Shown: piece after piece, positions 13,586 through 25,975 of the stretch
Layout: each line of letters opens with the position of its first letter
Position numbering within the stretch: position 1 is the first letter of the stretch
Assembly: GCA_000320545.1 (NCBI GenBank)
Contig: ADNK01000179.1
Coordinates: 59,005 to 123,004, forward strand
Direction of reading: 5' to 3'
DNA: 64,000 nucleotides
From: Bigelowiella natans CCMP2755
Taxonomy: Eukaryota; Protista; Cercozoa
Notes under the pieces: model-generated
What the model was told of the DNA's origin: nothing
Database searches by the model: none
Seen by the model: only the letters and a program-made list of their open reading frames with translations
Position numbers and translations under genes: made by a program

Positions 13586-15188
13586 ATGTCAAAGAATCAC
13601 GTTGAACAAATCTGCGAAGCCAGCGAATTTACAAAAAAGATATTTGGGGAGATTCCAAATGAATATAGAGATGAAAAAGATGACAAAGATATTCCACTCA
13701 CAGATGTCTCTGCAGATAAAAGGTTAATTGCGGTCTCGCTAAAGTTAGTCAAGGTGGGTTGTGCACGACATTGAATTTTGATAGCATTATACTAATGGCC
13801 AAATTACTAGACGAAGTACTGCTTGGACAATGTCGTCAAAATATTAAAGAAGGTTTTGAAGCTATGGGAGAATACAACTGAACTTCCAGAAGGTGTGAAG
13901 AAGGGCAAACCCCCTGCAGTCACCCCAGGATGCATTAAGATAACCCAATTCTTCGAGATGGGAGAAGAGGCCAAGCCTTCAGGGATGTTGGAATGGATCT
14001 TTGACGAGAAAAAGCATCTGATGAGTACTCTCACATTTAATGGAGAAACGGTAAGTGAGCCGGATATCGAATATATCTCTGCAAACCAGGGAAATGAATT
14101 AAGGATGCCGAAGAAGGTACATGCAGAGAGAACATGAACATGACTAAAAATTCTTAGGAAATCACAAAATGTTCATTTAGCTGATTATTGTTTGTCGTCT
14201 TGTCGGTTCGATGCATTCGGGGTTCTTCACGTAGGTGTGGTTTACATTTTCCAACGCTACAGAGCAGTTGATTCGACGAGTGAACTCTTTCCTCCAGGCT
14301 CATCCTTGTCTTGAGCAGCAGCCTTATCGCCTTGAGAGCTTTCCTAACGTCGAGTTGCAAGAGGTGGGTAGAGGGATACTTTTGAATGTATGAGACGATC
14401 GATGAGAAAGGGAATAAGAAATTGTATACGAGTGAGCACTCGAGAGTGAGGGTTAAGAAATTCATTCTGCTGTGCAGAATTAGCCAATTCGCAGATCATG
14501 TGGTCAAAATGGTAAAGTGGGAAAAAGACAAGGAAAAAGAGCACTGCATCATTACATATCCACACACTAATGAGGAGTATAACAGACGCACAGATATTCA
14601 CCATATTGAGCAAAAGCGCTACTCATTTAAAACCAGATACTCACTCCCTCCTACGATAGATCAAGAAGGTCTCGGCTTTGGCGATTCCATCACACAGAAG
14701 TATTACTACCGTGCACGCGTATGAATAACAAATTCGTCGTGAAACCTTTTTTAAAAGATGTCATCTCTCCCTTCATGTTCCCATAGATGTTGAACTTGCA
14801 GGCATTATCAACAAGGAGTTCGGTGAGCAACAGCAGGATAGTGAAAAAGGTTAATCTGATTGATGGATTGCAATCTTAGTATCTCCCCAACACCGTCTTC
14901 CTCATCCTCTCCCTGCTTCTCCTCCTTTTCATTCTCATTCGTATGCTTCATTATTTAGGAAGAGCAACCCTCGTGTTTCAGGGAGAAGATAAAGATGATA
15001 TGGAGTGCGATGAAGATCCGATAGATGTGGATGATTCTAAGGGTGATAGTTATGACGAGAGCAACATCGGCAACAACATTGGTCTCTGTGCTTTCGCTGA
15101 AACCGCAATCAATGTAATGTTGTCAACCTTATCTTTTGACAGACAAAATAGCGCATGCAGCTATAGAGAGAAGGAGAGAGAAAGGGAG

Positions 15189-15235
<47 letters not shown>

Positions 15236-16615
15236 CAAATAGGTGTAGAGAATAAGTGAAGACACTGAATTCGCAATAAATCCCTATCACTGTCCAATCA
15301 TCTATGAAAAAAAAATTATTGCTCCCAGTTTTTTCTACAATTTATCGAAAACTGAGTGATTTCGCACACACACACACATCCCCCCCCACACACACACATT
15401 CAGTCATTGCACCAAGCTGCTAAAAGAGGAGATGTGGATGCGATACGCCGACTACTTGTAGAAACTAACACAAACGTCGAGGCCAATGATATAAATGGAT
15501 CCACGCCCCTCCACTATGCTGCTATGAATGGCCAAGTCGATGCCATGCGGTACCTTGTGGAGAAGGCCAACGCCAACGTCGAGGCCAAGGATGACTTCAA
15601 TGGATCAACACCCCTCCACATTGCTGCGGAAAAAGGCCAAGTCGATGCCATGCAGTACCTTATGGAGAAGGCCAACGCCAACGTCGAGGCCAAGAATGAT
15701 AAATATGGATCCACACCCCTCCACTATGCTGCTATAAAGGGCCAAGTCGATGCCATGCAGTACCTTGTGGAGAAGGCCAACGCCAACGTCGAGGCCAATG
15801 ATATAAATGGATCCACACCCCTCCACTATGCTGCTATAAAGGGCCAAGTCGATGCCATGCAGTACCTTGTGGAGAAGGCCAACGCCAACGTCGAGGCCAA
15901 GAATGATAAATATGGATCCACACCCCTCCACTATGCTGCTATAAAGGGCCAAGTCGATGCCATGCAGTACCTTGTGGAGAAGGCCAACGCCAACGTCGAG
16001 GCCAAGGATGACTTCAATGGATCAACACCCCTCCACATTGCTGCGAATAACGGCCAAGTCGATGCCATGCAGTACCTTGTGGAGAAGGCCAACGCCAACG
16101 TCGAGGCCAAGAATGACTTAAATGGATCCACACCCCTCCACTATGCTGCGAATAACGGCCAAGTCGATGCCATGCAGTACCTTGTGGAGAAGGCCAACGC
16201 CAACGTCGAGGCCAATGATATAAATGGATCCACGCCCCTCCACTATGCTGCTATGAATGGCCAAGTCGATGCCATGCAGTACCTTGTGGAGAAGGCCAAC
16301 GCCAACGTCGAGGCCAAGAATGATAAATATGGATCCACACCCCTCCACTATGCTGCGGAAAACGGCCATGTCGATGCGATGCAGTACCTTGTGGAGAAGG
16401 CCAACGCCAACGTCGAGGCCAAGAATAAAAATGGTTATACACCCCTCCACATTGCTGCTAAAAATGGCAATTTTAATGCTGTGCGGTATCTTGTGGAGAA
16501 GGCAAATGCCAACGTAAAAACTAAAAGCTATCGTGGAGCGACACCACTAAGTTCAGCACGAAAGCGTGCAGTCAAAGATTACCTCAAAGAGGTGTTGTTA
16601 CAATTGTCTCTCTAA
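13586..16615 (+). CDS. Ankyrin-repeat protein with a large uncharacterised N-terminal region
   Basis: In-frame GT-AG exons run from MSKNHVEQ... through AFAETAIN into SLHQAAKRG and about 11 GxTPLHxAA ankyrin units. The frame is open upstream of the ATG to an AG acceptor at about 13529, so the true start is probably further 5'. Confidence 0.85.
15478..16520 (+). repeat. Tandem array of 102/105-bp ankyrin-coding units with near-identical DNA
   Basis: The core GGCCAAGTCGATGCCATGCAGTACCTTGTGGAGAAGGCCAACGCCAACGTCGAGGCCAA recurs about 9 times almost unchanged. Confidence 0.97.
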
Positions 16616-17263
16616 AGTCCCCGTTTGAGTGTCGTATTGCTGATTAGTCCATTCGCGCACGGAAAGAGATGCCACAACAGGTTGAGGTTGAGAGGAAGTC
16701 AGCAGCTGAAAAGGTGTGCAAGTGAGATGATGGAAACTGACCCAAAAGAGAACAATTCAGGCAGAATATTTAAACATGACAGCATATCGATATCTTGCTA
16801 TGAGCAGCCGATGCTGTGTTGTGGACGTTTCAAAGCGAATAAATACATTAAGAATCAGAGCAAAAGAGAGCGGGGGCTAGGAATTGGGGAGGGAGGGAAA
16901 CAAAAAAGAGAGAAAGAAGGAAAAGAGGGAGATGCATTAGAATCCCTTTGTCTTTTTACTATCAATGGCCAACTGCATCACTGCTAGTGTATTTCCTATA
17001 ATCTCAGCAATTATTATGTGTCGCTACAAAGGGAAACACGGATATGACACATCGCCTTGAGGAACCAGATATTACTAACATTGTGGATAAGGTTTAACCA
17101 TTTAAATTGTGCAGGCGGTCCACCTGAACATGCTTTCCCTTTCCCTTCTTTAAAGATATCGATACAAAGGAAGCTACTTTCAAGCCAGGTGTGACATATT
17201 CATTTGGTTGCGAAACTATGCCATCTCACATCTCTAAATACATGGATAGGAACGATTTAAAGT

Positions 17264-17310
<47 letters not shown>

Positions 17311-17500
17311 TTTATGTATGTGTGAGAGTACATTTGAGCACAAAATGGAAACCAAATCGCAAGTGACTGTAACCCTACACAATTAATTCATAGACGACAC
17401 CAGTTCGCACTAACTTTCAAAAGGCCGAAAAGATCTTATACGAGTTCGTCATTACACATAATATCAGAGAGAGGGAGGCGGAGGGGATGCGGGGAGATTA

Positions 17501-17548
<48 letters not shown>

Positions 17549-18424
17549 AATAGAGTAGCTTGCACACACGCTATACAACTTGATTTGAACATAATTCTAC
17601 GTAAGATTCTATGCTATCTCATCCCATTACGATTCTATTATCTTATATTTATTAGAGGTGCAGTGAGAAGACCCTCAAAAGCAGAGGTCCTCCCAATTAG
17701 AGGTATTTTGTAGTTAATATTCGTGTAATAATATCACAACTCAAAATCAAAGACACTTAGGCCATTCTGCCATGCCGTTTATCTCTATGTCTCTACGTCT
17801 CTACATAGCATCTGAGTACTCTTTTTCTCTCAGCTAAATTGGGACGAGAAGACCTTCTGAAGCTACCAGTCACTGTCCTTATTGACACCATATTAGAGGG
17901 GTACTGTAGCGTTTCGATTTTTTCCTCCCGTTGTGAAAGTGTATGCTGACAGTATAAATTTGATCTGAAGCCGCAAACCTTTGCAATCATCTGTTTTTGC
18001 AAAATGACCAGAGAATGCATGAAGAGAAAGTGATCAAGATTTTCATAGTCCCGAAACAAGTTTAATAACAAAATTCACAAATATAACGTTAAAGTGTAAT
18101 TCGCCTATAATAACTAAATTGCATAGCTGGAAACGCGAAGATATCAACGTCTTCCTTCAGAAACTACAAGAGAAAGTGCCTGTCGAGTTTGCACAAGTCG
18201 CACATTCCATGATGGCTACGGTAATGCTTGAAGTATAATTGAGAGATGATAACGTACCTACATGTATGGTACTACAAGATGTGAGAACATTTGAAAATAT
18301 CGTGTGAGTCTCTTTCGTAATGAGAGCATAGCTGAGGGAAGGTTCTCAGAAAGCTATGCTCTATGCTCTAGTCGAGTTAGTTTGATAAACCATTTCGATC
18401 TCTAACACATTATCATCTTCGTAG

Positions 18425-19244
18425 ATGAAATATGAGATGTCTGCACATGAATCTTCATCTTCTAAACCGTGGAGAAAACGTCATCGCTCTGATGAAGACT
18501 CACGGCATTTTGACCACCAAAAGCATGCCAGCAAACGGGATAAGGTGATTTGCTTGCAACACCAGCACTACAGCATATTAACATCATTGTTATACGACAT
18601 ATTCTCAGGTGAAGGGAGAGCACAGCGTCATCATTAAGAGATTAGATCCGGACGAGTACAAAAATGTCCAAAAGAGCAACACATACCTTTGGATAAACGG
18701 AGAACATCGCATAAAAGATGTTGTTCGAGTCTTTAAGCCTATCAAGAGCAAGCATTCGCCCAAATACGACTATGATGAAATAGTGGAGCTGCATGGAGAC
18801 TCTGATGAGAAGTTGGTAGTGAGATTTTCACGGTCTGATGATGGAATAGTCCAGAGGATAAAGAACAAACGTAAGGAACCTGGCACAATCAACCTCAGCG
18901 GAACGATCATCCTCAAAAGCAACTTCCGAATTGAGAAGTTAGAGCTATTAGATGAAGACATGAAGCCCATCAAGAACAAAAAATATCAGTGGGTGCTTCA
19001 TGATGAATCACAGCTGGATAAACAGTATCATCCTCTCGATGCTGCTTTATTTGCTAAACATGAATCAGATTCGCAACTTTCCAAGAAGGCTAGGTTGTCG
19101 CCTAAATTACCTGTTAAATTTATTCCTCAAATTCCTATATCTATGCGTAAAACGGAAGAATATCATCTGGGGAATGTTGATAACTCACCTATGGAAACGG
19201 AAAATGCAGAGGTACATTGCACAAAATGGACCATTCTCGATTGA
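18425..19244 (+). CDS. Unknown domain X, copy B; stand-alone, with basic NLS-like motifs
   Basis: Exon 1 MKYEMS...PWRKRHR...KRDK|GT splices in frame to VKGEHSVIIKRLDPDEYKNVQKSNTYLWING... It is homologous to 12767-13201. Confidence 0.7.
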
Positions 19245-19876
19245 TCTGTTTTCCATGTTTGTGATAGACTGATGCAAATTTGTGAACGAACGTCGATCAA
19301 AAACAAATGTCATGCCATTCGCAGGAAACCATTGTTCGAGTAAAGAAGGAACCTAGGACTTGAACGGAGAGACGTATCAACTTCAAACGATAAACTCGAG
19401 CGATTATTCTGGATTCTATCCTAGTCTATGGGTGTCAGCACACAGCATAAGAGCAGTCTTGAACATCGTGAGTGACATGCAAAAATGTTGCAATGAAAAC
19501 TGTAGATGCATCCTGTCTGTGGCGCATGCATCTAGATGCAAGCATGTCCATGGTAGATCTAGAGATGCGCTGCAGCTGCGCAGCCTAGCAGCATTCTAGC
19601 ATTCTAGCATTGCACAGCTAGACAGCTGCATTGCTGGCATGCATGACCATTAGACTTAATAAATATCTTATGATACTTATTGAAAAAATGTGATCACATC
19701 AATGCTAGATTGCATCCGATCGATGAGTTGCATGCGCATGCACATGCTAGCATTGATGAAATTACAAGGCTGAAGTTCGTTCCATTCCATGACTGACTTA
19801 GTGCAGAATGCAACATCAATTGTTTGCAGAAGATGCTGCAGAAATTAAGAATGTGAAGATGTGATGTGCCAGCTAA

Positions 19877-22271
19877 TTACTCATCGTCCAATTCTTTCAT
19901 CAACTTCTTGACTTGCTCTGATCGAATAAATTTTAAAATGCTTATAATTAGCACTGTTCGAGAATCACACTACATTGCACTGGTAATGGTTCTACCTTGC
20001 AAAAGTTCTATGCGTCGATCACAATCATCTGAATCGCTTGCCTGTTGACCATCACTTTCTGATTCGATTTTCCCTCCGCCAATTTTTTTGGCGCTGTTTG
20101 ACTGATCCTTCAACAAGGTGTCATTCAAATCTTTTAAGAAATCAACCTGGTCACAACAAAGTATATTTCAATGTCGTTTCACTCATGACCAATGCAGTAT
20201 GTGTGCTTAATGGCGAGCAATGCTCTTATGAACTACCTGCTCAATCTCCTTTTGCACGCGGCCTAAATTGAAAAGTAGTTGAAACAAGTCACTCTTGCAC
20301 TCAAAAACATACAATCTTCATCACTAAATCGGGACTTGCCTTGCATTGCTGCTAGTTTTTTGTTCACATTCTTGGTAGCTTTCTCCACTTTGATCAATCT
20401 ATTGAAACATTGTTGCTCATCTAAATATTTCCACTTGAAAGCTTTCACACCGATCCTTTTATTTCATCTAAGTGTGATCCAATTCTAGCTAATCTCCTAC
20501 TCACTACCACTATCTGAACTGATATTGCAGGTAGTGCAACATACTCAACGATCAGAGTCAATTATTTCTTCCTAATCATCTTACTCTCTTTTCAGCTCCA
20601 CCCCCCTGGCTTCCTCACTTCGCAACTCTGTGATGAAAGGAAAAGGCAGCGAGGAAGAAAAGAATATCAATCTCTTAATGCAGCCCGCGCTCCCTTCGTC
20701 ATGTGGATTTAATAGGAAAGAATCGCTAACCGTCTTGATTGCGATTGAGCATCCTCTGGATTAAATGTAGCTCTAACTTGTAATGCTCCTGCTGCTTGGT
20801 GAGAAGCATCTTCAAGAGGTGATTATAGTGACCACTGATTGCCTGGGGTATAAAATATATAAGTATGTTTCCTGCAGCCTCTGCAGATTGGGAGTATGGT
20901 TGAAAGAACGCTCACCTTAAGTTTGATCGATGTTAGCAGGTCACCGTTTTCGTCAATCTCACCGGAGAACGTATAGCGTGCCCTGAAGCCTTGTGTTTTC
21001 GTGTGCAGAAGTCTATGCACGTATCTGCGAGATGACCAGTAGCACACATCATAATCTCTTCACCGAAACCTTTAGTTCACTGAATTGAAGTTAACCCACA
21101 CGCATTACCCATCGCCTTCGTAATCCCAGATGGCTTCCGATTTGGGCATGAGCGAGAAACGATGCTTCTGAAGTGTTGTTAGCGATTTAGCAAACAAACT
21201 CTTGATTTATAAAAATATGAACTGACAGTTTTTTCCCAATGGCGCACGGCATGCGACTTTCCAAAGCGCCCACAACCTGAACAGCAATAGAAAGGACAAT
21301 AAATGGAAACCGAGGCGCTACAGCTTAGCTTTGTCTACCTAAATGACCGCAAATGAGGCAGATCCACAGCGCCTTCTTTTCGTGCTTGCCACTTTTCGTC
21401 GTCATGTCTGTAACTTGTAGACATTCTTTGCAATTCAAGACAAGCTTGGTCGAAGCTTCTCGATAGCGCTTCATTTCCCTTGCCGCCATCAATGGACCAG
21501 AGTGTTTTCTCCTGGAATCCCTCGTGGCCCTGGCTGAGCTGGCATTGTCATCATTGCTAGCTGTTTCTTTCTTGGCCGTCGCTTGCGGTGAAGAAGACTC
21601 TGTCGGGTGGTCCTCCTTCTCGTCTTTTTCCAAATCATCACCATCATCACCCGAGGCAGCAGCAGCAGCGGCAGCAGGACTTGGCCGACACATGGACAAG
21701 TGCGTGTGAAGCATCACAGTCTCGCACACACGGCACCGGTGGGAGTCCCATCGCTGACGAGAAGGCAAGCTGCTACTACTATGATGAACCGATTGCTCTG
21801 GTGATGACCTGTTCCCAACCAGGTGCTGCTGCTGCTGCTGCTGCTGTTTTCTATGATTTCTGCTCATTCTTCGCGATTTTGGTCCCAGAACGGGCTTGGG
21901 GTACTTCGGCATGAGCATTCCGGATATGTGCGAGTCCAGGCGCTCTAGACACACGGGACAAGTCGGGAGCTCAAAATACCTTCACAACCAATGAAGCAGA
22001 AGAAGAAGAAGAAGAAGAAGAAGAAGAAGATGATGATGAGGACAGAGAGCGAAGGTGTTGGATGGGAAGAAAATACGTCTGCGCAGAAGAGAGAAAGGGA
22101 GGGATAGAGACCACGAAGATCTGCTGCAAATAGAAGAGAGTCACGAAAGACTATTGACAACCTGGTATCGTTGAATATCTCCAATGGACTTGAATCGGAC
22201 TTCAGCCTGACCAATCTTGGTAGCTTTTCTCGCTCTAAAGTAAGAATATTGTTGAAATCGTTTTTCGCAGA

Positions 22272-22317
<46 letters not shown>

Positions 22318-22384
22318 CTCTCCTCTTCTCTCAAACACGAACGCACACACACACGCGCGCGCGCGCATTATATATCTACATATG

Positions 22385-22429
<45 letters not shown>

Positions 22430-23735
22430 CTATGTATATAATATCGAATAACGGTATAATGCGCACAATGTAAATTCAAGCAGATACGAATGAACGATAG
22501 CTTGTATTACGGGAGCTCTGCGCCGATGACGAAGAGGCACCTTCCTCTTGGGAAAGCATGGTGATTTCCATTTTCGGGGGAAGTGTTTTTCGGACTTCTC
22601 TCTTGGCGTTTATGCCGATTTTCACACCACCGACACTATCTGATGTATTCGAAAATGCAGCCTAGTAACGAACGTTGCAGCAGCAACGTGAATAAGCTTT
22701 GTGTACCGGTGGATACGATCGGAAGAAACTTGGAGTTCCGTAGTGCTGAATCCAGCAAATGCACCGCCTATGTTGAGGTATTATATTATATTGTAATCTG
22801 TGGTATCGTTCTCTTTGTCCCAAAGAAAAACAAGAACCTGTAGATGAAAAGCGTGGCAAGTTTCTTCTGCGTCATCTGAAAAGCGCCTGCCATTTGCTCT
22901 CTCAATGAAGATGCATCCACTTTCTGTGTAAAGGGAAATCATCAACTTATTCGAACGATCACCAAATACTGGAAATGCTAGAGCGACTGCCTGGATTGTT
23001 GAAAGACAGCAGCAGCATCCGCATATTTGACTCCCTGTTTTCAACCTGACACGCACAACAAGTGATACTTGTACTTTGGAACCAATCCATGGATGATTAC
23101 AAATTTACCACGTATATCTGATTAATTCGTGCCACGTCCGTCTACATCCCACAAATCATCCCTCAGCGTTATGTCTCCCAAGCACACATTAGAATGAGCG
23201 ATACGTACTTCTCCTATTCTGCAGATATCTATCAAAGTAATCTTGGGAGGACAAGATAGGATACAAACACATGTTGTCGCAGCTCCCTGACGATGAATGT
23301 TTGAGTAAGCTTCACAGATCTGAACATATAAAATAAAGTATATTATACATCATACTTACTCACCTCGGAAACCATGCCGTTAATCCCTATAGTTTCTTTC
23401 TCATCGCCGATTATTTCGGTATCAAACGGCGTGCTCTGATCAAAGAAAGGCATGAATTCAGCAGAATAAAACAAATCGTTTTGAATTCTGAACAACCTCG
23501 ATAGTTCCTGCATCCGTTCTCGATGCCGCGACAAGGCCACGGGAGAACAGGTAATATGATCCCCAGATATATACGACGCTTTCAAGGTCCCTGTGACTGT
23601 AGAAATAACTTTCAATGATTGTGTCTGCGTAGGAGGTGTGTAACCCGACCTTGGATGAGACAAGAAGCCATTCTTCTCTTCTCTTCTCTCGGAAGCTGTT
23701 CTTTCCGCCTCGACTTTCAAGACAACTATATACAT
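19877..23735 (-). CDS. BRAP: BRAP2/IMP/BRIZ-type E3 ubiquitin ligase (BRAP2 domain, RING, UBP zinc finger, coiled coil)
   Basis: ELPTCPVCLERLD, RWDSHRCRVC, LWICLICGHL/GCGRFGKSHAVRH, AIWDYEGDG/YVHRLL and a C-terminal coiled coil ending EQVKKLMKELDDE*. Confidence 0.9.
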
Positions 23736-23886
23736 ACTTTCCTATATTAGCTGGAGAGTGCATCAACCTCAACCCAAGGAAACCGTAGGTCGTTTATCTC
23801 TCCGCCGCCGCCGTTCTTCCTCCTTGCGAGGAGAGCTAGAAGATGAGTCGAGGAATGAACTACCTCTCTCTCTCTCTCCTGGGAAT

Positions 23887-24008
23887 GGAACTAACGAATT
23901 CCTCACTTCATTTTTCCCAGAAACATACGGAAGGGAACCAACGAATTCCTCACTTCATTTTTCCCAGAAACATACGGAAGGGAACCAACGAATTCCGCAC
24001 TTCATTTT
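23887..24008. repeat. 47-bp tandem repeat, about 2.6 copies
   Basis: GAACCAACGAATTCCTCACTTCATTTTTCCCAGAAACATACGGAAGG repeated in the divergent intergenic region. Confidence 0.9.
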
Positions 24009-24416
24009 ACGACATTCTTGTTCTTCGAACACCTGCTTGCTGCTGCTGCTGCTGCTGCTGCTGCTACTGCTGCACGTGCTTTCGGTTTCCAACGGATAGA
24101 ATGCGGGGTTCACTTTGAACGACAACAAAAGCTACCCGTTCGAACTGGGAAAAAGAGTCGATTTCCTAGGATTTCCTAGGATTTCCTGATTTCCTAGAAT
24201 CCCACGTTTTCCTTCGTTGTCTGTACGAAGGTGTATTTCGAAAGAGATTATCTCATGGGATTCGGATTGGAACGATTGCAGAGATACGTCAATGTTCAGG
24301 TCGTGACGCAAGCACAAATCGCCAGGAAATTTGGTCATAATGATTCAAACTACCGGTAATCGAGGAGTGATTGCGGCTATGAGCAACCCTCCCTCCAAAA
24401 TTCATACGATCATAAA

Positions 24417-24557
24417 AAGAACATGGGGAACTGGTTGTGTCGTCGAATCGAGGAGGACAATACCCTGCCAGAGCAGGGATCAAGGAAGAACATGGGGAAC
24501 TGGTTGTGTCGTCGAATCGAGGACGACAATACCCTGCTAGAGCAGGAACCAAGGAAG
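24417..24557 (+). repeat. 69-bp tandem duplication covering the start codon of the next gene
   Basis: AAGAACATGGGGAACTGGTTGTGTCGTCGAATCGAGGA.GACAATACCCTGC.AGAGCAGG occurs twice, with ATGs at 24423 and 24492. Confidence 0.92.
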
Positions 24558-25975
24558 ATCCGCACTGATGGTAGGGAACAAAATTGCCAGTTGAGTAATT
24601 CAAAACTAGAGGAGAGTGAGGCCAATCGAGACTACCCAAGGTATGATATCTGCATAATTGAACGATAGATGGGCCGTGACTAATAAACCAAATCGGTTTT
24701 AGAGCAAGAATAATCTGGGTTCTAATACGATCTTACTCATGCGATACTAGGACCATTCGTGGTTGTAAGTTGTCGGATCTTTCTCCTGCAGCTCTGGCCA
24801 ACACTTCCCGAGAAGGAGGACCAGATTCTAAGAAATCTCAGGCTGCTTCGGAAATAAACGAACATCTACGAAATCAGTTTGTCCAAAAAGTTAGTACGAC
24901 AAGATCAAATATTCGGCCACAGAATAATTCAACCCTGGCGGTAAACAAAGAGGAACGAAGGTTAAGAGGCAAGCGCCTCAGGTTTTTACTTAGGTTAAAG
25001 GAACTAAAAGAAGCTGAAATGCGTCGGTTGCTGGAAAAAGAGGAGAAAAAAAAAGCTTTCAAGCTGAAGGAAGCGAAACGCTGTTCTCAACTTGAGCGCC
25101 AGAAGAAGAGGCTTGCCGACGAGGTCAAGATGCACTTATTTTTAGGTTCACTTATCACAGACTAGTTAATAAAATGTGAATATGCAAACGATTAGGCGAC
25201 CAAAATCAGAGAAAAGCAACTGCTACGTAAGCAAATTGCTCTGGACAATCAAGAACGTTTACGTAAGATGGAAGAAGAAAGAAAGACTATTAAAGATCAA
25301 CAAAGAGCCGCTCGACAGCGCGAATGGGAGCGGCAGCAGCAGAAAGAATATGAACTAAAGCGCAAACGAAGCGAACTGATTTTGGAACAGCAGCGGCTTG
25401 CTTCAGAGAGAGCCAAGCAAAAACTGGAGGCGAAGAAAGCAGGCATTTTGAAGAAGCAACAACTAATGCTGCAGAGGCTTGAAGAAAGGGAAAAACTTGG
25501 AAAGGAGAAAATCCAAGAACAAAATCGTATCCTTCAAGAGAAGAATCGAAGGCGGCAAGCAGCGCTGGAAAAAGCCAAAGCTCAGGAGGAAGAGAGAAAA
25601 ATGCAGATACAAAACAAGATTAGGAATGAAGAACTACGATCCACAGTCTTGCGAATTAAGAAAACAGGAGTACGCAAAGAGATCATTGCAGCAACGTCGA
25701 CCAGGAAGGACCTTTTTACATATTCTCACAAATCAAATCGAAGAATGGTATTGAGCCCCCCAATCAAGATGCGTCGAAGTGTCCTGAGGAGCCCACCTGC
25801 GCGCCGTAGACTTCCACACCGCAAGACCCAAAGTGCAAAGAAAAGAAGATCTCAAATTCCTGTGCATAAAACCATTGTACTGTCGCAAGAAATTACAACA
25901 GATGAGAATTCTGCCCCGAGATCAAACGTCCAGAGAAGTTTGAGAGTTACTTTTCGAAAGATTACGACGGATTAA
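24423..25975 (+). CDS. Charged coiled-coil protein with an MGNWLC N-terminus (possible myristoylation/palmitoylation)
   Basis: Three in-frame exons (about 24423-24641, 24751-25122, 25196-25975) encode an E/K/R/Q-rich helical sequence. Confidence 0.7.

Noticed and set aside
15478-16520. Regular repeats with variable spacers resembling a CRISPR array
   Set aside because: The units are in-frame ankyrin codons within a spliced eukaryotic gene, and the variable parts recur rather than being unique spacers.
16620-18400. Possible minus-strand gene between the ankyrin gene and copy B (ORF 17793-18071, intron-like microsatellites)
   Set aside because: I could not assemble consistent exons. The region is left unannotated, though a gene or relic is not excluded.
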